Origin: Malacoraja senta
Taxonomy: Eukaryota
Reading direction: 5' to 3'
Assembly (NCBI GenBank): GCA_038087875.1
Contig: CM075978.1
Location: 62,310,001 to 62,374,000 of the forward strand
Length of the DNA: 64,000 bases
In this document: positions 24,270 to 37,566 of the stretch, piece by piece
Layout: each line of letters begins with the position of its first letter
How positions within the stretch are numbered: position 1 is the stretch's first letter
The notes under the pieces: model-generated
What the model was told of the DNA's origin: nothing
The model's input: only the letters and a program-made list of their open reading frames with translations
The model's database searches: none
Position numbers and translations under genes: made by a program

Positions 24270-25150
24270 CAAAATGGTCTGAAGTATTAATGTGGAGAGA
24301 TCACCAGGGCCTGATGGGATGTATCCCAGGTTGTTGAGAAAGGCAAGAGAGGAGTTTGCAGGGGGTTTAATCTGAGCAAGCATGAGGTGCTGCCCTTTGC
24401 GAGGTTAAATGTAAGGAGCAACTACACAGTTAGTGGCCAGATCTTCAACAGCATTGATGTACAGAGGGATCCTGGAGTCTGACCCAATCTGAAAGTAACA
24501 ATACAGGTAGAGTGGTAAAGAGGGCATGTGGTGTGCTTGGCTTCATCGGTCGGGGCATTCAATATAAAAATCAGGAAGTAATGTTGCAGTTTTATAATAG
24601 TATGTTGGGCTGCATTTGGGGTGTATGGATTCTGTATGGATTTCTGGCTGCCCCATTACTGGAAGGACGTGGAGGCTTTGGAGAGGGTGCAGAAGAGGTT
24701 TATCAGAATGCTGTCTTCATTAGAGGGTATTCACTATAAAGGGAGGTTGGACAAACTTGGATTGTTTTCTCTGGAGTGTCATAGGTTGAGGGGAGACCTG
24801 ATAGAAGTATATAAAATTGTGAGAGGCATAGATAGTCAGAACCTTTTTCCCAGGGTGGAAATGTCAAAGACTAGAGGGTATAGTTTTAAGGTCAAAGCAG
24901 GAAAGTTTAAAGGATATGTTCAGGGCAAGTTTATTTTATACAAAGTAGTGGGTGCCTGGTAAATGCTGCCATGGGTGATGAAGGAAGCAGATACGATAGT
25001 GGTGTTTAAGAGGCTTTTAGATAGACATGCATATGCAAGGTATGGAGGGTATGGATCACATGCAGGTAGAGGAGATTAGTTTAATTTGGCATCTTGTTTG
25101 GCACAGACATCATGGGTCAAATGGCCTGTTCCAGTCCCCTACTGTTCTAT
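24270..25150 (+). mobile_element. CR1 3' fragment
   Basis: ORF 24621..24962 FWLPHYWKDVEALERVQKRFIRM...LRGDLIEVYKI...KTRGYSFKV. Confidence 0.9.
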
Positions 25151-25213
25151 GTCTGCCAATTTCATGTAACCTACTTTCTCCCTAGCGGCTGTGGCTACAC
25201 CTCTGTTTCAGTT

Positions 25214-25348
25214 TGTCTGAAGAAGAGTCTCGACCTGAAACATCACCCATTCCTTCTCTCCAGAGATGCTGCCTGGCCCGCTGCGTTACTCCAGATTTTT
25301 GTGTCTATATCTTTGGTTTAAACCAGCATCTGCAGTTCCTTCTTACAC
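25214..25348 (+). mobile_element. Short PLE-end element with hammerhead motif
   Basis: gtctgaagaagagtctcgacctgaaacatcacc...gatgctgcctggcccgctg...aaaccagcatctgcagttcc. Confidence 0.8.
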
Positions 25349-25852
25349 ATGTTTCTTTCTACTTTTCTGTTTCCATCCAACAGTGTTTTTAAGTGATTGT
25401 TGCCATGACAAGCTTGTCCTGCATCATTTCACAGTAATTCTCATTATTCACTCCTCCTCTGCCCCTCTGTAAAGCACATCCGTCCTCTCAGTTTTCCCGC
25501 TCCACATGAGTCCTTGACTTGAAAGGTCAATTCTGTTACTCTCCCCACAGATGCTATCCTGAACTGCTATTTCCAGCATTCTCAGATTGTGTTTAAGATT
25601 TCCAACATCTGCAGTTTTTTGCTCCAATGAAAACAGAACTTAGTTCTCATTTTCTTATAGCTACACAGTAAGAAATGTTAGACATAGTTCTGGGTAAAAG
25701 GGAGAGAACTGTTTTTTTTTTTACAATGTTGTTGTAGTGGATCATTGTTCATTGCAGCGAAGATAAACTTTTATTGACTGAATGGAGGCAGGGTGTTCAC
25801 CTGAGCAAACCTGGCGCATAGGTACAACTATAAAAACACCTTCTGCATGGAC

Positions 25853-26030
25853 AGCAGAGTGGTGCAACTAATGGAGCTGCTGCCTCGCTCCTTTCACAAC
25901 CCGGGTTCAATCTTGAACCCGAGTGCTGTCTCTGTGGAGTTTGCAAGGGTTTTCCCAGGTGCTCCATTTTCCTACAGGTGGATAGGTTAGTTTGCGGCTG
26001 TAAATTGCCCTTTAGCGTGTCGGTGAGTGG
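25853..26030 (+). mobile_element. V-SINE/HE1-like SINE (degenerate)
   Basis: cagcagagtggtgcaac...gctgctgcctc...acccgggttcaatc head. Confidence 0.75.
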
Positions 26031-26787
26031 GGGAGCTGATGGCAATGAGAGGAAAATAAAGATGGGATCACTTTTGAATCTTTGAACAAGTACAGACCAG
26101 GTAGGCAGAAGGAGATATTTGCATGCAGCGTGACTCTCCAAGGTGCCACTTCCTTTTAGTTGCTGAGATTTCTCAACACTGTAAAACTCAGCGGCTGTTG
26201 AATGTAGATCGGGCTTGTACTTGCACGACAGAAACCTGATATGAATAGTAGCGTGATGTGACTTGGCTGGGGACAGGCAATGGGGAAAATATAATTGTGC
26301 GTATTGCATTTTCACTTTTCAGTATAAATAGGCCCTTTGCGAGAAGAGTTGTTTTTTAAAACCATGGCCAGCAATTTTTTTTAAATGTTATCTACAAAAT
26401 AATAGTTTTAACAGCTTCAGTTTTTATTTTCAAGATTCTGTTGAGTTCATTATCTTAGTTCTGCTACATAAATTTCTGCTCTTGGTTTTCAATACTAAAA
26501 ATGGTATTTGGTTTTGGGCAGATTTTTATGGGTTTTGTGTTCAAGCTGTCAGCTACGTTAATAGATTAATTTCTAGTTTATTTCAGCATAATAAACTATA
26601 TCAGCTGTTGACAAGTGTCTGGAGATACCGAAGGCAACAGTGCCATCTGGTCTCCACTGGATGGCCAGGCCAATACTTGCCCAGTACCAGGAGAGTGCCA
26701 GCGGCTTTATCAATCCAGAATTTGCTGCCTGTTTTCAGGATAACCACATCTACCCACAACTATACTCCAGCAGTACTTTGGCTTGGT

Positions 26788-27055
26788 CAGTCAGTCAATT
26801 TTATTTGTATAGCACATTTAAAAACAAGTCTCGTTGACTAAAGTGCTTTACATCAGTGCAGGTATTAACGTGCTACATACAATGGTACACAGATCTAACA
26901 ATACATACATAAACAGTTTACAGCGCTCCCTCAGAGGACCTCAAGAAACGCTTGGGAGTAGAAATAGGTTTTAAGTCTAGACTTAAAGGAGTCGATGGAG
27001 GGGGCAGTTCTGATGAGGAGAGGGATGCTGTTCCACAGTCTAGGTGCTGCAACCA
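26788..27055 (-). mobile_element. L2-like LINE 3' end
   Basis: cagtcagtcaattttatttgtatagcac...aaagtgctttaca...gttccacagtctagg is typical of an antisense L2 tail. Confidence 0.65.
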
Positions 27056-28199
27056 GTCAGCTAGCTAGCTAGTCGTGGCTAGCTAGTACAGCCTACTGCC
27101 TGTTGTGCAGTGACAGAGCTGTCTCTCCAGCCAGGACATGCTTCATGCTGCACATACTGTTATACCAGTTACTGATGCACAGCACCTCCCAATCACCATG
27201 GCTGCAGCTGCAAGGGGATCATTGGGTGGAAGTAGTAAGCACAGTAAACCAAGTCATAATCTTATGGCTAAAGGGAGAACAAGCGTAAATCGACAGTGCA
27301 TGGTTCTGTCATCTTGAAATGTTACCTGTTTCCAATCTTTATTTTGCCACTAAGATTTCCGAGCTATTATCTTTGATGGAGCATGCTTCAGAGATAACAA
27401 GAAGTGGGCATGGTTAGTCAAACTTGAAACATTAACCTTGTTTCTCTATCCACAGATGCAGCCTTTCCAACAATTTTTGTTTTTATTTCCGATTTCCAGC
27501 ATTTGCTGATGTTTGATATTCTTGGAAATTTAGTAATTTCATGTGTTACTTGTTTTTTTAATTTTATCCTTGTCCCTGGCTGTATTGGAGAGGTGATTAT
27601 ACCTAAATAAGATGTCATAAAGTCATACAGCAGGGAAATAGGCTCCTCAGCTCAATTCGTCCATGCTAACCAAGGTCCCCCATCTAAGCCTATCCCATTT
27701 GCCCGCTTGTGGCCCATATCCCTCTAAACCTTTCCCATCCATGTACCTGTCCAAGTGTCTTTTAAATGTTGTTATAGTATTTGCACCTCGTTCCATGTAC
27801 CCAGCAATATCTGAGTGAAAAAGTTGTCCCTCAAGTTCCTATTAAATCTTTCCCATCTCAGCTCAAGCCTATGTCCTCTGGTTCATAGTTCCCCTCTCCT
27901 AGATAAAATACTGTGCATTAACCCTATCTATCCCATCTTGATCTTATACACCTCTGTAAGATCACCCCTGAGTTTCCTGCCCAACCTTTCCCTGTAGCTC
28001 AGGCTCTTGGATCCTGGCAACATCCTCATAAATGTCTGCACTGTACAGTTTAATGACATCCTTCCTCTAGCAAGGCGGCCAAAACTGAACACGGTAAGTA
28101 TGGCCTCATTAAAGTCTTGTACAACTGTAACATAACATCCCAACTTCTGTACTCAATACTCAATTGACGCTAATGTACCAAAAGCATTCTAGACCTGTG

Positions 28200-30970
28200 G
28201 TGGGGTCTAACTGCGCTGGGTCCTAGTGCTCCCCCCCCTAACACCGGGAACCTCAGACGGGGTCTAACTCTGCTGGGTCCTAGTGCTCCCCCCACAACAC
28301 AGGGAACCTCAGAACCCTTGCCACTCCACCGCCCTCCAGCAGGTCACAGCCATCGCCTTACCTGAGTCCTTGGCTCAGCACCGGTCCTGAAGTCTCCACG
28401 CTGCAGACTCTGACATCACGGGGTCTAACTGCGCTGGGTCCTATTGCTCCCCCCCTAACCCAGGGAACCTCAGTGGTTGTTCCACTGGGTCTTCCCCTTC
28501 CCCCTCAAACCGTGTGACCCCAGCTCCTCCCCACCCACACTATAGTCCTCATACCCCCTTCCTCCCTGACCACCCTCCAACCCCCTACCAGACATCGCCT
28601 CGGCCTCCGTCCACTCACCTGCCTTCCTCCAGCCCCAACCCCCATCCTTGCCTTGTGTTCACCATCCCCCCTGACCTCCCCCTCTCTGATATCGAACGGT
28701 CTGTCCTCAGCAGAGGCTTCACCTTTGTTCTCCTCCGCCCCACCTCAATGAGTTCCACGTCCGCCACGATGTGGAGCTCTTCTTCCGTCGCCTCCGCATC
28801 AAAGCATTTTTCCATGGGAAGGAGTCCTCACCCCCCCAGTGATGACCTCTTCTCCCATCTCCAACGGACCCCCTCCTTTTGGACTCCCCCTCATGGCCAT
28901 CTACCTGCTTTAGACCTTTTTATTTTAAACTGCCGGCGGGACATCAACCACCTCAACTTCTCCACTCCCATGTTTCACTCTAACCTCTCTCCCCCTGAAC
29001 GTACAGCCCTCCACTCACTCCGCAACAACCCAGACTGGGTGATCAAACCAGCCGACAAGGGAGGTGCCGTGGTAGTCTGGCGCGCTGATCTCTACAAGGC
29101 TGAGGCCACGCACCTCCTCCTTCTTATCCTTGGACCATGACCCCACAGACGAGCACCAGGCCATGATCTCTAACACTATCACTGACTTCATCAACTCCGG
29201 CTCCCTGCCCTCCCAAGCCTCCAACCTCATCGTTCCCCAGCCCCTCACGGCCCACAAACCTGACTGTCCTGGCAGACCCATTGTTTCTGCTTGTTCGTGT
29301 CCCACCGAACTTATTTCCACATACCTCTTCTCCATCTTATCCCCCCTGGTAAAATCCCTCCCTACCTATGTTCAAGACACCTCACACGCTCTCCGTCTCC
29401 TCCATGACTTCCGTTTTCCAGGCCCCCATTCCCTCATCTTCACCATGGATGTCCAATCACTCTACACCTCCATCCCCCACCAGCACTCCGTTTCTTCCTC
29501 GACCGCAGAACCAAACAATCCCCGTCTACTGATACTCTCCTCCGCCTAGCTGGTCCTTACCCTTAACAACTTTTCGTTTGACTCCTCCCATTTCCTCCAA
29601 ATACAAGGCGTAGCTATGGGCACTCGCATGGGCCCCAGCTATGCCTGCCTCTTTGTGGGGTACGTCAAACAATCTTTGCTCGAGGCGTACCATGGCCCTA
29701 TCCCCGAACTCTACCTCCGCTACATTGACGACAGCATTGGTGCTACCTCCTGCACCCACACACAACTCACTGACGTCATCCATTTCACCACTAACTTCCA
29801 TCCGGCACTCAAATACACCTGGACCATTTCCGACATTTCCCTACCATTTCTAGACCTCACTATTTCCATCGCAGGTGATAGACTTCTGACCGACGTCTAC
29901 TATAAACCCACTGACTCCCATGGCTATCTGGACTACACTTCTTCCCACCCTGCCTCCTGTAAGGACTCCATCCCCAACTCCCAATTCCTCCGTCTACGCC
30001 ACATCTGCACCCAGGATGAGGTGTTCCAAACCAGGGCATCGGAGATGGCCTCATTCTTCAGGGAACGGGGGTTCCCCTCTTCTACTATAGATGAGGCTCT
30101 CACCAGGGTCACTTCTATACCCCGTAACTCTGCTCTCACCCCCCATCCCTCCACTCGTAACAAGGGCAGAGTCCCCCTTGTCCTCACCTTCCACCCTACC
30201 AGCCGTCACATACAACAAATAATCCTCCGACATTTTTGCCACTTCCAACGGGATCCCACCACTAGCCACATCTTCCCATCTCCTCCTCTGTCTGCTTTCC
30301 GCAGAGACCACTCCCTCCGTAACTCCCTGGTCAATTCGTCCCTTTCCACCCAAACCACCCCCTCTCTGGGCACTTTTCCTTGCAACCGCAGGAAATGCTA
30401 CACTTGTCGCTTTACCTCCCCCTTTGACTCCATTCAAGGACCCAAGCAGTCTTTCCAGGTGCGGCAGAGGTTCACCTGCACCTCCTCCAACCTCATCTAT
30501 TGCATCCACTGCTCTAGATGTTAGCTGCTCTACATCGGTGAGACCAAGCATAGGCTTGGCGATCGCTTCGCCCAACACCTCCGCTCGGTTCGCAATAACC
30601 AACCTGATCTCCCGGTGGCTCAGCACTTCAACTCCCCCTCCCATTCCGAATCCGACCTTTCTGTCCTGGGCCTCCTCCATGGCCAGAGTGAGTCCCACCA
30701 TAAATTGGAGGAGCAGCACCTCATATTTCGCTTGGGCAGTTTACACCCCAGCGGTATGAACATTGACTTCTACAATTGCAGGTAGTCCCTGCTTTCTCCT
30801 CCCCTTCCCAGCTCTCCCTCAGCCCACTGTCTCCGCCTCTTCCTTTCTTCTTCCCGCCCCCTCCACCCTCACATCAGTCTGAAGAAGGGTCTCGACCCGA
30901 AACATCACCTATTCCTTCGCTCCATAGATGCTGCCTCACCCGCTGAGTTTCTCCAGCATTTTTGTCTACC
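28200..30970 (+). mobile_element. Penelope-like element (RT + GIY-YIG), 5'-truncated and frameshifted
   Basis: IKPADKGGAVVVW, GRPIVS, TMDVQSLYTSIP, MGTRMGPSYA, YLRYIDD and NLIYCIHCSRC*LLYIGET. TSD ctagacctgtg at 28189-28199 and 30971-30981. ~60-bp tandem units at the 5' end. Confidence 0.95.
30875..30910 (+). ncRNA. Minimal type I hammerhead ribozyme motif in PLE 3' end
   Basis: CTGAAGA-a-GGGT-ctcg-ACCC-GAAA-catc: conserved core with a 4-bp stem II. Confidence 0.7.
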
Positions 30971-31544
30971 CTAGACCTGTGATGCCACTTTCAGGAAACT
31001 ATGTCTACCCCTCTGCTCTACAACACTCCCCAGGGCACTACCATTCTCCATGAAGATCCTGTCCTGAATTGACTTCCTAAAATGCAACACCTCGCGCTTA
31101 TCTGCACTAAACTCCTTTTGCAATTACTCGGTTCACTTGCCCAACTGATCAAGATCCTGCTGTAATTTTGATAATCATCTTCACTTCTACGATGCCACCT
31201 ACTTTCGTGTCATCTGCAAACTCACTCATCATGATTTGTACATTCATCCAAATCATTGATACAAACCACAAATGTTAATGGGCCCAGCATCAATCGCTGA
31301 GGTACACCAGTGTTCATAGGCCTCCAGTCCGAGAAACAACCTTCCACCATCAACCTCTGCTTCCTTCCTAGCTCTCCCTGGCCCCCATGTGATCTAACCT
31401 TCCAGAACAGACTACCATGCAGAATCTTATCAAAAGCTTTTCCAGAATCCATATGGACAACGTTTACAGCCTTGCCCTCGTCAACCTTCTTGGTTACTTC
31501 AAAAACCACAATCAATTCGTGTGAACACGATCTCCCACATATAA

Positions 31545-31675
31545 AACCATGCCGGCTATCCCTAACCATGCCGGCTATCCCTAACCATGCCGGCTATCCC
31601 TAACCATGCCGGCTATCCCTAACCATGCCGGCTATCCCTAACCATGCCGGCTATCCCTAACCATGCCAGCTATCT
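31545..31675. repeat. 19-bp minisatellite, six perfect copies plus one degenerate copy
   Basis: (aaccatgccggctatccct)n within CR1 sequence. Confidence 0.95.
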
Positions 31676-32519
31676 GTCTATCCAGATGTGTATCTTATCC
31701 CTCAGAATCCTCTCCTGTAACTTATCTACCACAGATATTAGGCTCACTGGTCTGTAGTTCCCAGGCTTTTCCTTGCAACCTTCTTAAATAGAGGCACAAT
31801 ATTAGCCACCCTCCAGTAATCTGGTATCTCACCTAACAATCTCATCTATCGATGATTCATATATGTCAGCTGGGACTCGTACAATTTCTTCTGTAACTTC
31901 CCACATGTCCTCAGATATGTCTGATGAAATCAGAGAGATTCATCTACCTTCATATGCCGTAGGACGTCTAGCATCTTCATGTTAATATGGACTGTCGTCA
32001 TGACATTTCCATTAATTGTCTCAAGTTCCCTATCCTTCATGTGTGACTATGACAAAAACAGAGGATAAATACTCATGGAGGACTTTGCCCATCTCCCATT
32101 TTTGTGCATACATAGATGGCTGCTTTGGTTTGTGAGGGAGCCTATTCTCTCTGGTTAGGCTCTTTCCCTTAATGTACATAAAATCTCTTTGGCTTCTTCT
32201 TAATTTTATCTGCTAGAGCTATCTCCTCCCCTCTTTTTCCCTCCTGATTTCCTTCCTAAGTATGCACCTCAGTCCCCTAAACTCCTCCAGGGATGCACCT
32301 GATGTCAGCTGCCTAATCTTGGCCCATGTCTCCATCTTTTTCCTGACCAGAGTTTCAGTTTCTCTCAACATTCAAGCTTCCTTACTCCCATCTGCCTTGC
32401 CCCTCACTCTATAAGGAACATGCATGCTTTGAAACTCTCATCATTATTCTTTAAAAAATCTCACTTTCTGAATGTTCCTATGCCAGCAAATAACCTACTC
32501 CAATCAACTTCAGCAAGTT

Positions 32520-32775
32520 AGACACAAAGTGCTGGATAACTCAACATGTCAGGCAGCATCTCTGGAGAAGATGAATAGGTGATGTTTCGGGTCGGTACCC
32601 TTCTTCAAACGTGAACTCAATAGATGATGCCTGACAATGTCAGTCTGAAGAAGGTCTGAAAAACATCATCTATCCATGTTCTCCAAAGATACTGCCTAAC
32701 CCGCTGAGTTACTCCTGCACTTTGTGTCCTTTTTTTGGTAAATTAGCATCTGCAGTTCCTTGCTTCTATGCTCTG
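32520..32775. mobile_element. Palindromic PLE-end element with two hammerhead motifs
   Basis: Inverted arms flanked by a 13-bp TSD acttcagcaagtt (32507-32519) / actttagcaagtt (32776-32788). Confidence 0.8.
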
Positions 32776-33460
32776 ACTTTAGCAAGTTCCTATTTAATAC
32801 TATCAACGTTGGCTTTGTCCCAATTCAGAACTTTATATTGTGGGCCAGCCCTGTTCTTATCTCTATTTTAAACCTAATAGAATAGTAAGATTAAACGAGA
32901 ACTTACCAGTTTGAAGTTTGATCTTTATTTTATGAGGAGTTACGATGAGGGACTTCGTGAAGAAGACCCAGTCCAGCCGCACACGCGTCAATCTTCAAAG
33001 CAGCGGTGTGAAATCACAGATAATAATTACTGAAGTATGATAGTAAGATACGTGAAGACTAGAACTACCAGTTGACCTTTATGAGGGGTGGGAGTGGAGG
33101 GCACGTAGTCCCTCATCGTAACTGCTCATAAAATAAAGATCAAACTTCAAACTGGTAAGTTCTCGTTTAATCTTACTATTTTACTTCGGAGTCATGTGAG
33201 TGACTACGTGAAGATTTTAAAGCTCTGTGATTTCATGCCGTAGATTCAAATCCAGGCGTCTCACTGCATTGATTGACTCTAAATGAGTAAAGCAATCAAC
33301 AATGCATAACCATAACATAGATGCAATCAGTTAATGGTTTATTTACCACAACAATAGTAACCCCTTTATCACAAGGGGGAACTAATACTGAATCCAAAAC
33401 AGCACCACCAAATACCCCAGGTTCTGTAATCTCCTTATGGTAATACTTGTGAAACATCCT

Positions 33461-34380
33461 TTAACTTGCCCATCCTGCGGCCACGAGGATATGGTCTATT
33501 GGGACGTCCAAATCCTTGGCCACCGATGTTGATGCCGCCCTGGTGGAATGAGATTTATATTTGTCAGTATCAATACCTGCATCAATCAATACCTGCATCA
33601 ACCAACACCTGCTTGAAATAGTCTGAACCGACACTTTCTTATGTGTTTTTTTATGGCTGATAAAGAATGCTGATTCTGCACCTCTTAAGGTTCTGGTGGC
33701 TTCAATGTAACATCGTAAATGTGATACTACACATAGATGTGAAACCGTAGGATATGCTGAAAAAAACAACTTACATCCTGTGACTCCAGGTCTACTCTGT
33801 TTGAGCAAATCATAGACATAGAACGTAATGTCATCTGCTGCTATTTTCATCCTGTCTATTCGTAGTTTCTGCAATGTTTGCACTCTCTGTGCTGAAACCA
33901 GAGCATGACTACCTTCATGGTAATTTTGGCCAAGGACAGAGCTGCAATAGGAGTCCATTGGCGAAGGAGCATTAGCACATCTCTTACATTCCAGATTTCT
34001 GAATACCTGGGTCTAGGAGGCTTGGAATTGAAAATTCCCTTCATAAACCTACAGACCAAAGGGTGTGACCCTACAGGATTTTGTTCTGATTCCCTCCATA
34101 GATATGCAGAGAGGGCACTCCTTGCAGTATTGATCGCACTATAGCTTAACTGCAAATCAAAATAAAGAGTTGACAGAAACTCTAACATGTCTGAGATGTC
34201 TGCAGTGTGATATGTAATATTCTGCCTTAAGCAAAAGTCCTCCCATTTCCTTATGTAAGAAATGTACTGCTTCTGGGTACTTTCCCTCCAGGCTGCCGCA
34301 ATAACATCCACAGTACGATCTAATAGTCCTCTTCCGAGATATGGCCTACTTAGAATCTGCAAATCAACAAACCAATACAA
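33461..34380 (-). pseudogene. DIRS tyrosine recombinase (frameshifted)
   Basis: AWRESTQKQY...SYSAINTARSALS...HPLVCRFMKG...SAQRVQTL...HSTRAASTS...ILVAAGWAS. Confidence 0.92.
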
Positions 34381-36413
34381 TCATGTAAAGGATGCGAATC
34401 ACCAGTTACAGGGTGCACAAGCAGGTTTTCCTGTTTAGGAATAATCATAAGGGGCTTTGTGATCATTTTTAACACCAGAGGGTACCATGGTTGTGTAGGC
34501 CAGTCTGGTACCACCAATACTCCTGAAGCGGAGTCCTGTTTGATCTTCTGTATACACCGACTAATGAGGCAAAATGGAGGAAATGCATACAGAAACATTC
34601 TACCCCAATGCAGCGAGAAAGCATCCACCGCTACTGCCCCAGGATCAGGTTCCCATGACACATATTTAGGTAATTGGTGGTTAAGTCTGGATGCAAACAA
34701 GTCAATCTCTGGCATCCCGAACCATGCAACAATTTTATTAAATTTGTCACGATCCAACATCCATTCTGTATTGTCATTGAATTTACATGACCTTGTGTCT
34801 GCAATTATCTTCAATCTACCTGGTAGGTAGATTGCCGAAAGCCAAATATTTCTGGTAATACACCAGGTCCAGATCACGTTTGCCAATCTATCACAAGATT
34901 CTGACTTGATACCACCCATATGATTAACATACGCTACTGCTGTAGTGCTGTCAATCTGTACCTGAACAAGCAAATTGTGCATATTAGAGCAATAAGCTTT
35001 AAGCCCATCAAATGTTCCTAAAAGCTCTAGGTAATTGATCCCTTGTTCTTGGAGCAAAGGTACTTCCTCCACATTCCATCTACCTCCACAGCTGGAAATA
35101 GTATTAGTAGCGCCCCAACCTAGAGCACTTACATCAGTCTGTAGAATAATGGAAGGTGTTTCAACCAGAATTTCTCTGGAAGCATTTGAGACACTCCTGA
35201 TCCACCATTGTATTTCAGTAATAGCTGCAACTGGCAATTGCATGGGCCTGTCAAAATGCCCTGAATGTATCCTCAATGCCTGTACCTTTGCTCGCTGTAA
35301 TTGCTGATAATGCAGTGGTCCAAACTGTACAGCCGGAAATTAAGCAATTAGTTTGCCAAGCAAGCTTGCTACCTGCCTAATTGAGGGTTGGTGCTGTGTA
35401 ATGAGCTTAATACAACCTTACATTAACTGCAGCCTTTTATCCTTGGGCAGAGTCACGAACATGTGTTCTGAATTAATAGTGAAACCCAAGTAATCAATTA
35501 CTGTGCTTGGTAATAGTTTGGACTTAGCTGGATGGATAATAAATCCCAGCCTCTCGAAAGTGAGCTTGATTCTTGACACTGATGCTTCTGTTGTAGCCCG
35601 AATGTCTCCCACAATCAGAATATCATCCAAATAGGCCATTACTAAATGGCCCTGAGTTCTTAGTAGTGCTAAGATTGGTTTTAACAATTTGGTAAATAGT
35701 CTCGGAGCTGAGGTTAAACCATTAGGCAATGCTTTAAATTGCCATAATTGACTCATCCAGTTAAATTTTAAATATCTCCGATCATTACCATGCACAGCTA
35801 CAGAGTAATATGCATCTTGAAGATCTATGCTAGCCATATAGCATTTTCTTGAAATTAGCTGTATGGCATTGGCAAATGTCCCCATTTAAAAAAAATTATA
35901 CTGTACAAAAGGGTTAAGACTTGTCAGATCTAGAATAATTCTACACCCACCATCCTTTTTTGCTCTAGGAAAAATACTTGACACAAATTGGTGGTGTTGG
36001 TGAACTGACTTCTCAATGACCCCTTTTTTACACAATATTTCAAGTTCTGCCTGAATCTCCATATTCTTTTCTTTTAAGAAAATACGTGTCCTGCATGAAA
36101 TATGCTGAGTAGGATCCAAATATGGGTAGAATTCAATTCTAAACCCCACAATACTGCACAGTATAAATGCATCAGATGTTATTTTTTGCCATTCTTTTGG
36201 GAAGAATTGTAATCTTCCTCCAACTTGTAAGTGTGAAACATTTAATATGTCTCTTACAGGACCAGACCCACCTACCTCGGGGTTTGCCGATGGTAATTGT
36301 TGTCCCCAGCTCTTAGTGGGAATACTGTAACCTCCACGTGCCCCAGGAGCAGTGCGCCAATAACGCATATATGGGAAAGACCGACTTGTTCCTTCACCGG
36401 CCCCAGTCACCAC
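34350..36413 (-). pseudogene. DIRS pol: RT, RNase H and methyltransferase-like domain, one frame with premature stops
   Basis: VGGRL, KKDGGCRIILDL, DLQDAY, LPNGLTSAPRLFTK, YLDD; TDVSALGWG, INYLEL; IDLFAS...YAFPPF. Confidence 0.95.
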
Positions 36414-36434
36414 ACGTCGGTAGGGAAACTGCCT

Positions 36435-37566
36435 TCAAATTGATCTGCCAAGCACCAGTGGTTTCATCATCCCCACGGTTTTTGCTTCTTCATTCAGGTC
36501 TTTTACCCTTTTGGCTAGATTCTCTCCAAAAAGCAGATTAGGCAATTGAATATTAGATGGTTTACAGAGCCCCACAAACTTAGGGTGTATGTTAGGTCTT
36601 ATAGCACTTTTACGAATATGGTTTATTTCAAAGTGCGCACTACACATGAGTGCTAAGGCATCCTGTTGTGATGCAGACACGTGCTCCTCATCCAAGCCTC
36701 TGGCGAAAGCCGTAATGCCTGACCCCAGCAATTTCAACACCCGCTGTAATTTTTTGTGCCAGACCTGGTATTTTAGGCTCTGTTATTGGGCTCTGGTCCT
36801 CATATGATTCTTCATCTGAATCTTGCTGCCCCGTAAAATCGTCCTCCTCATGCTGGGGGCGATCTGGCATCCCTGCTTCAGGTGTTTCTAGCGCTGGCTC
36901 TCCCATAGGCCCACACATAGTAAACCCTTTTTCAGGTGCTCCCCGCGCGGGCTCTCCTGTAGGCCCGCGCATAGGCAGCCCTCTTTCAGGTGCTGCTGGC
37001 TCTCCTGTAGGCCAACACCTATACTGTCTTTCTTCCGACATTGTTGGCGCTGGCTCTCCTGTAGGCCAACGCATTAAATGCCCTTGTTCAGGCATTGCTG
37101 GCGCTGGCTCTCCTGTAGGCCAACGCGGGCTGTATTCCTCCTGGAGTGGGTCTTGGTAAATCATTTTCCCCATGAGGAATTCTAATTTGGCGACCCGAGT
37201 AGACATAATGTCTGCCTGAGGCGGGGGAACTTCCGGGTCTGACTCCTCAGAGTCTACTGGCCACACGGACTTTTGCCTGGCCTTGCGCCCTAATGGCGCT
37301 GCAACGGTACTTTCTGTAACCGCTTCTGGAGTCGATGGCCTCGCTGCCACCGACTCCTCAAGCGGGCGCCCGCTACTCGCAGACCCGCAGTCTTCTTGAG
37401 TTATACCTGCGGTACGCCTCCTCCCCTTACGCCCTCTCTCCATTCTAACTTGTGTTGTCTTACAACTACAAGTCTCTCCGAAGAAGGCGACCTGAAAGCG
37501 AAAGTGAAACCACTTACCTTCAGGCTTTTTAAACTTACCGCTTGGAGGAGCTCTGCTCCTCCACAC
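36435..37566 (-). pseudogene. DIRS ORF1 (gag-like) with internal PTGEPA repeats
   Basis: ORFs 36688..37566 and 36435..36740 (...LLFGENLAKRVKDL) lie upstream of pol. Confidence 0.75.

Larger units (their letters stand above)
27615..32880 (-). mobile_element. Long CR1 fragment hosting nested insertions
   Basis: ORFs 27928..28143 (LRGDLTEVYKI) and 31222..31569 (SRHGFICGRSC...KAFDKILH...GVPQRLMLGPL). Interrupted by a PLE, a minisatellite, a palindromic element and a DIRS element. Confidence 0.88.

Noticed and set aside
26587-26785. Possible host exon (tttcag...TG|GTCAGT, open frame)
   Set aside because: Its phase 0->1 is incompatible with the exon chain, and the apparent donor is part of an L2 (cagt)n tail.
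31545-31675. Regular repeat array resembling CRISPR
   Set aside because: No spacers, no cas genes, eukaryotic context, and the unit derives from CR1.
5621-32881. Both DIRS copies lie next to twin-hammerhead palindromes, suggesting targeting or a composite element
   Set aside because: Copy 2 is separated by ~100 bp of CR1, each palindrome has its own TSD, and with only two cases among abundant repeats coincidence is sufficient.
37492-37538. Apparent micro-intron (26 or 47 nt, GTAAGT...TTTCAG) on the DIRS coding strand
   Set aside because: Too short for normal vertebrate spliceosomal introns. The donors are noted separately.
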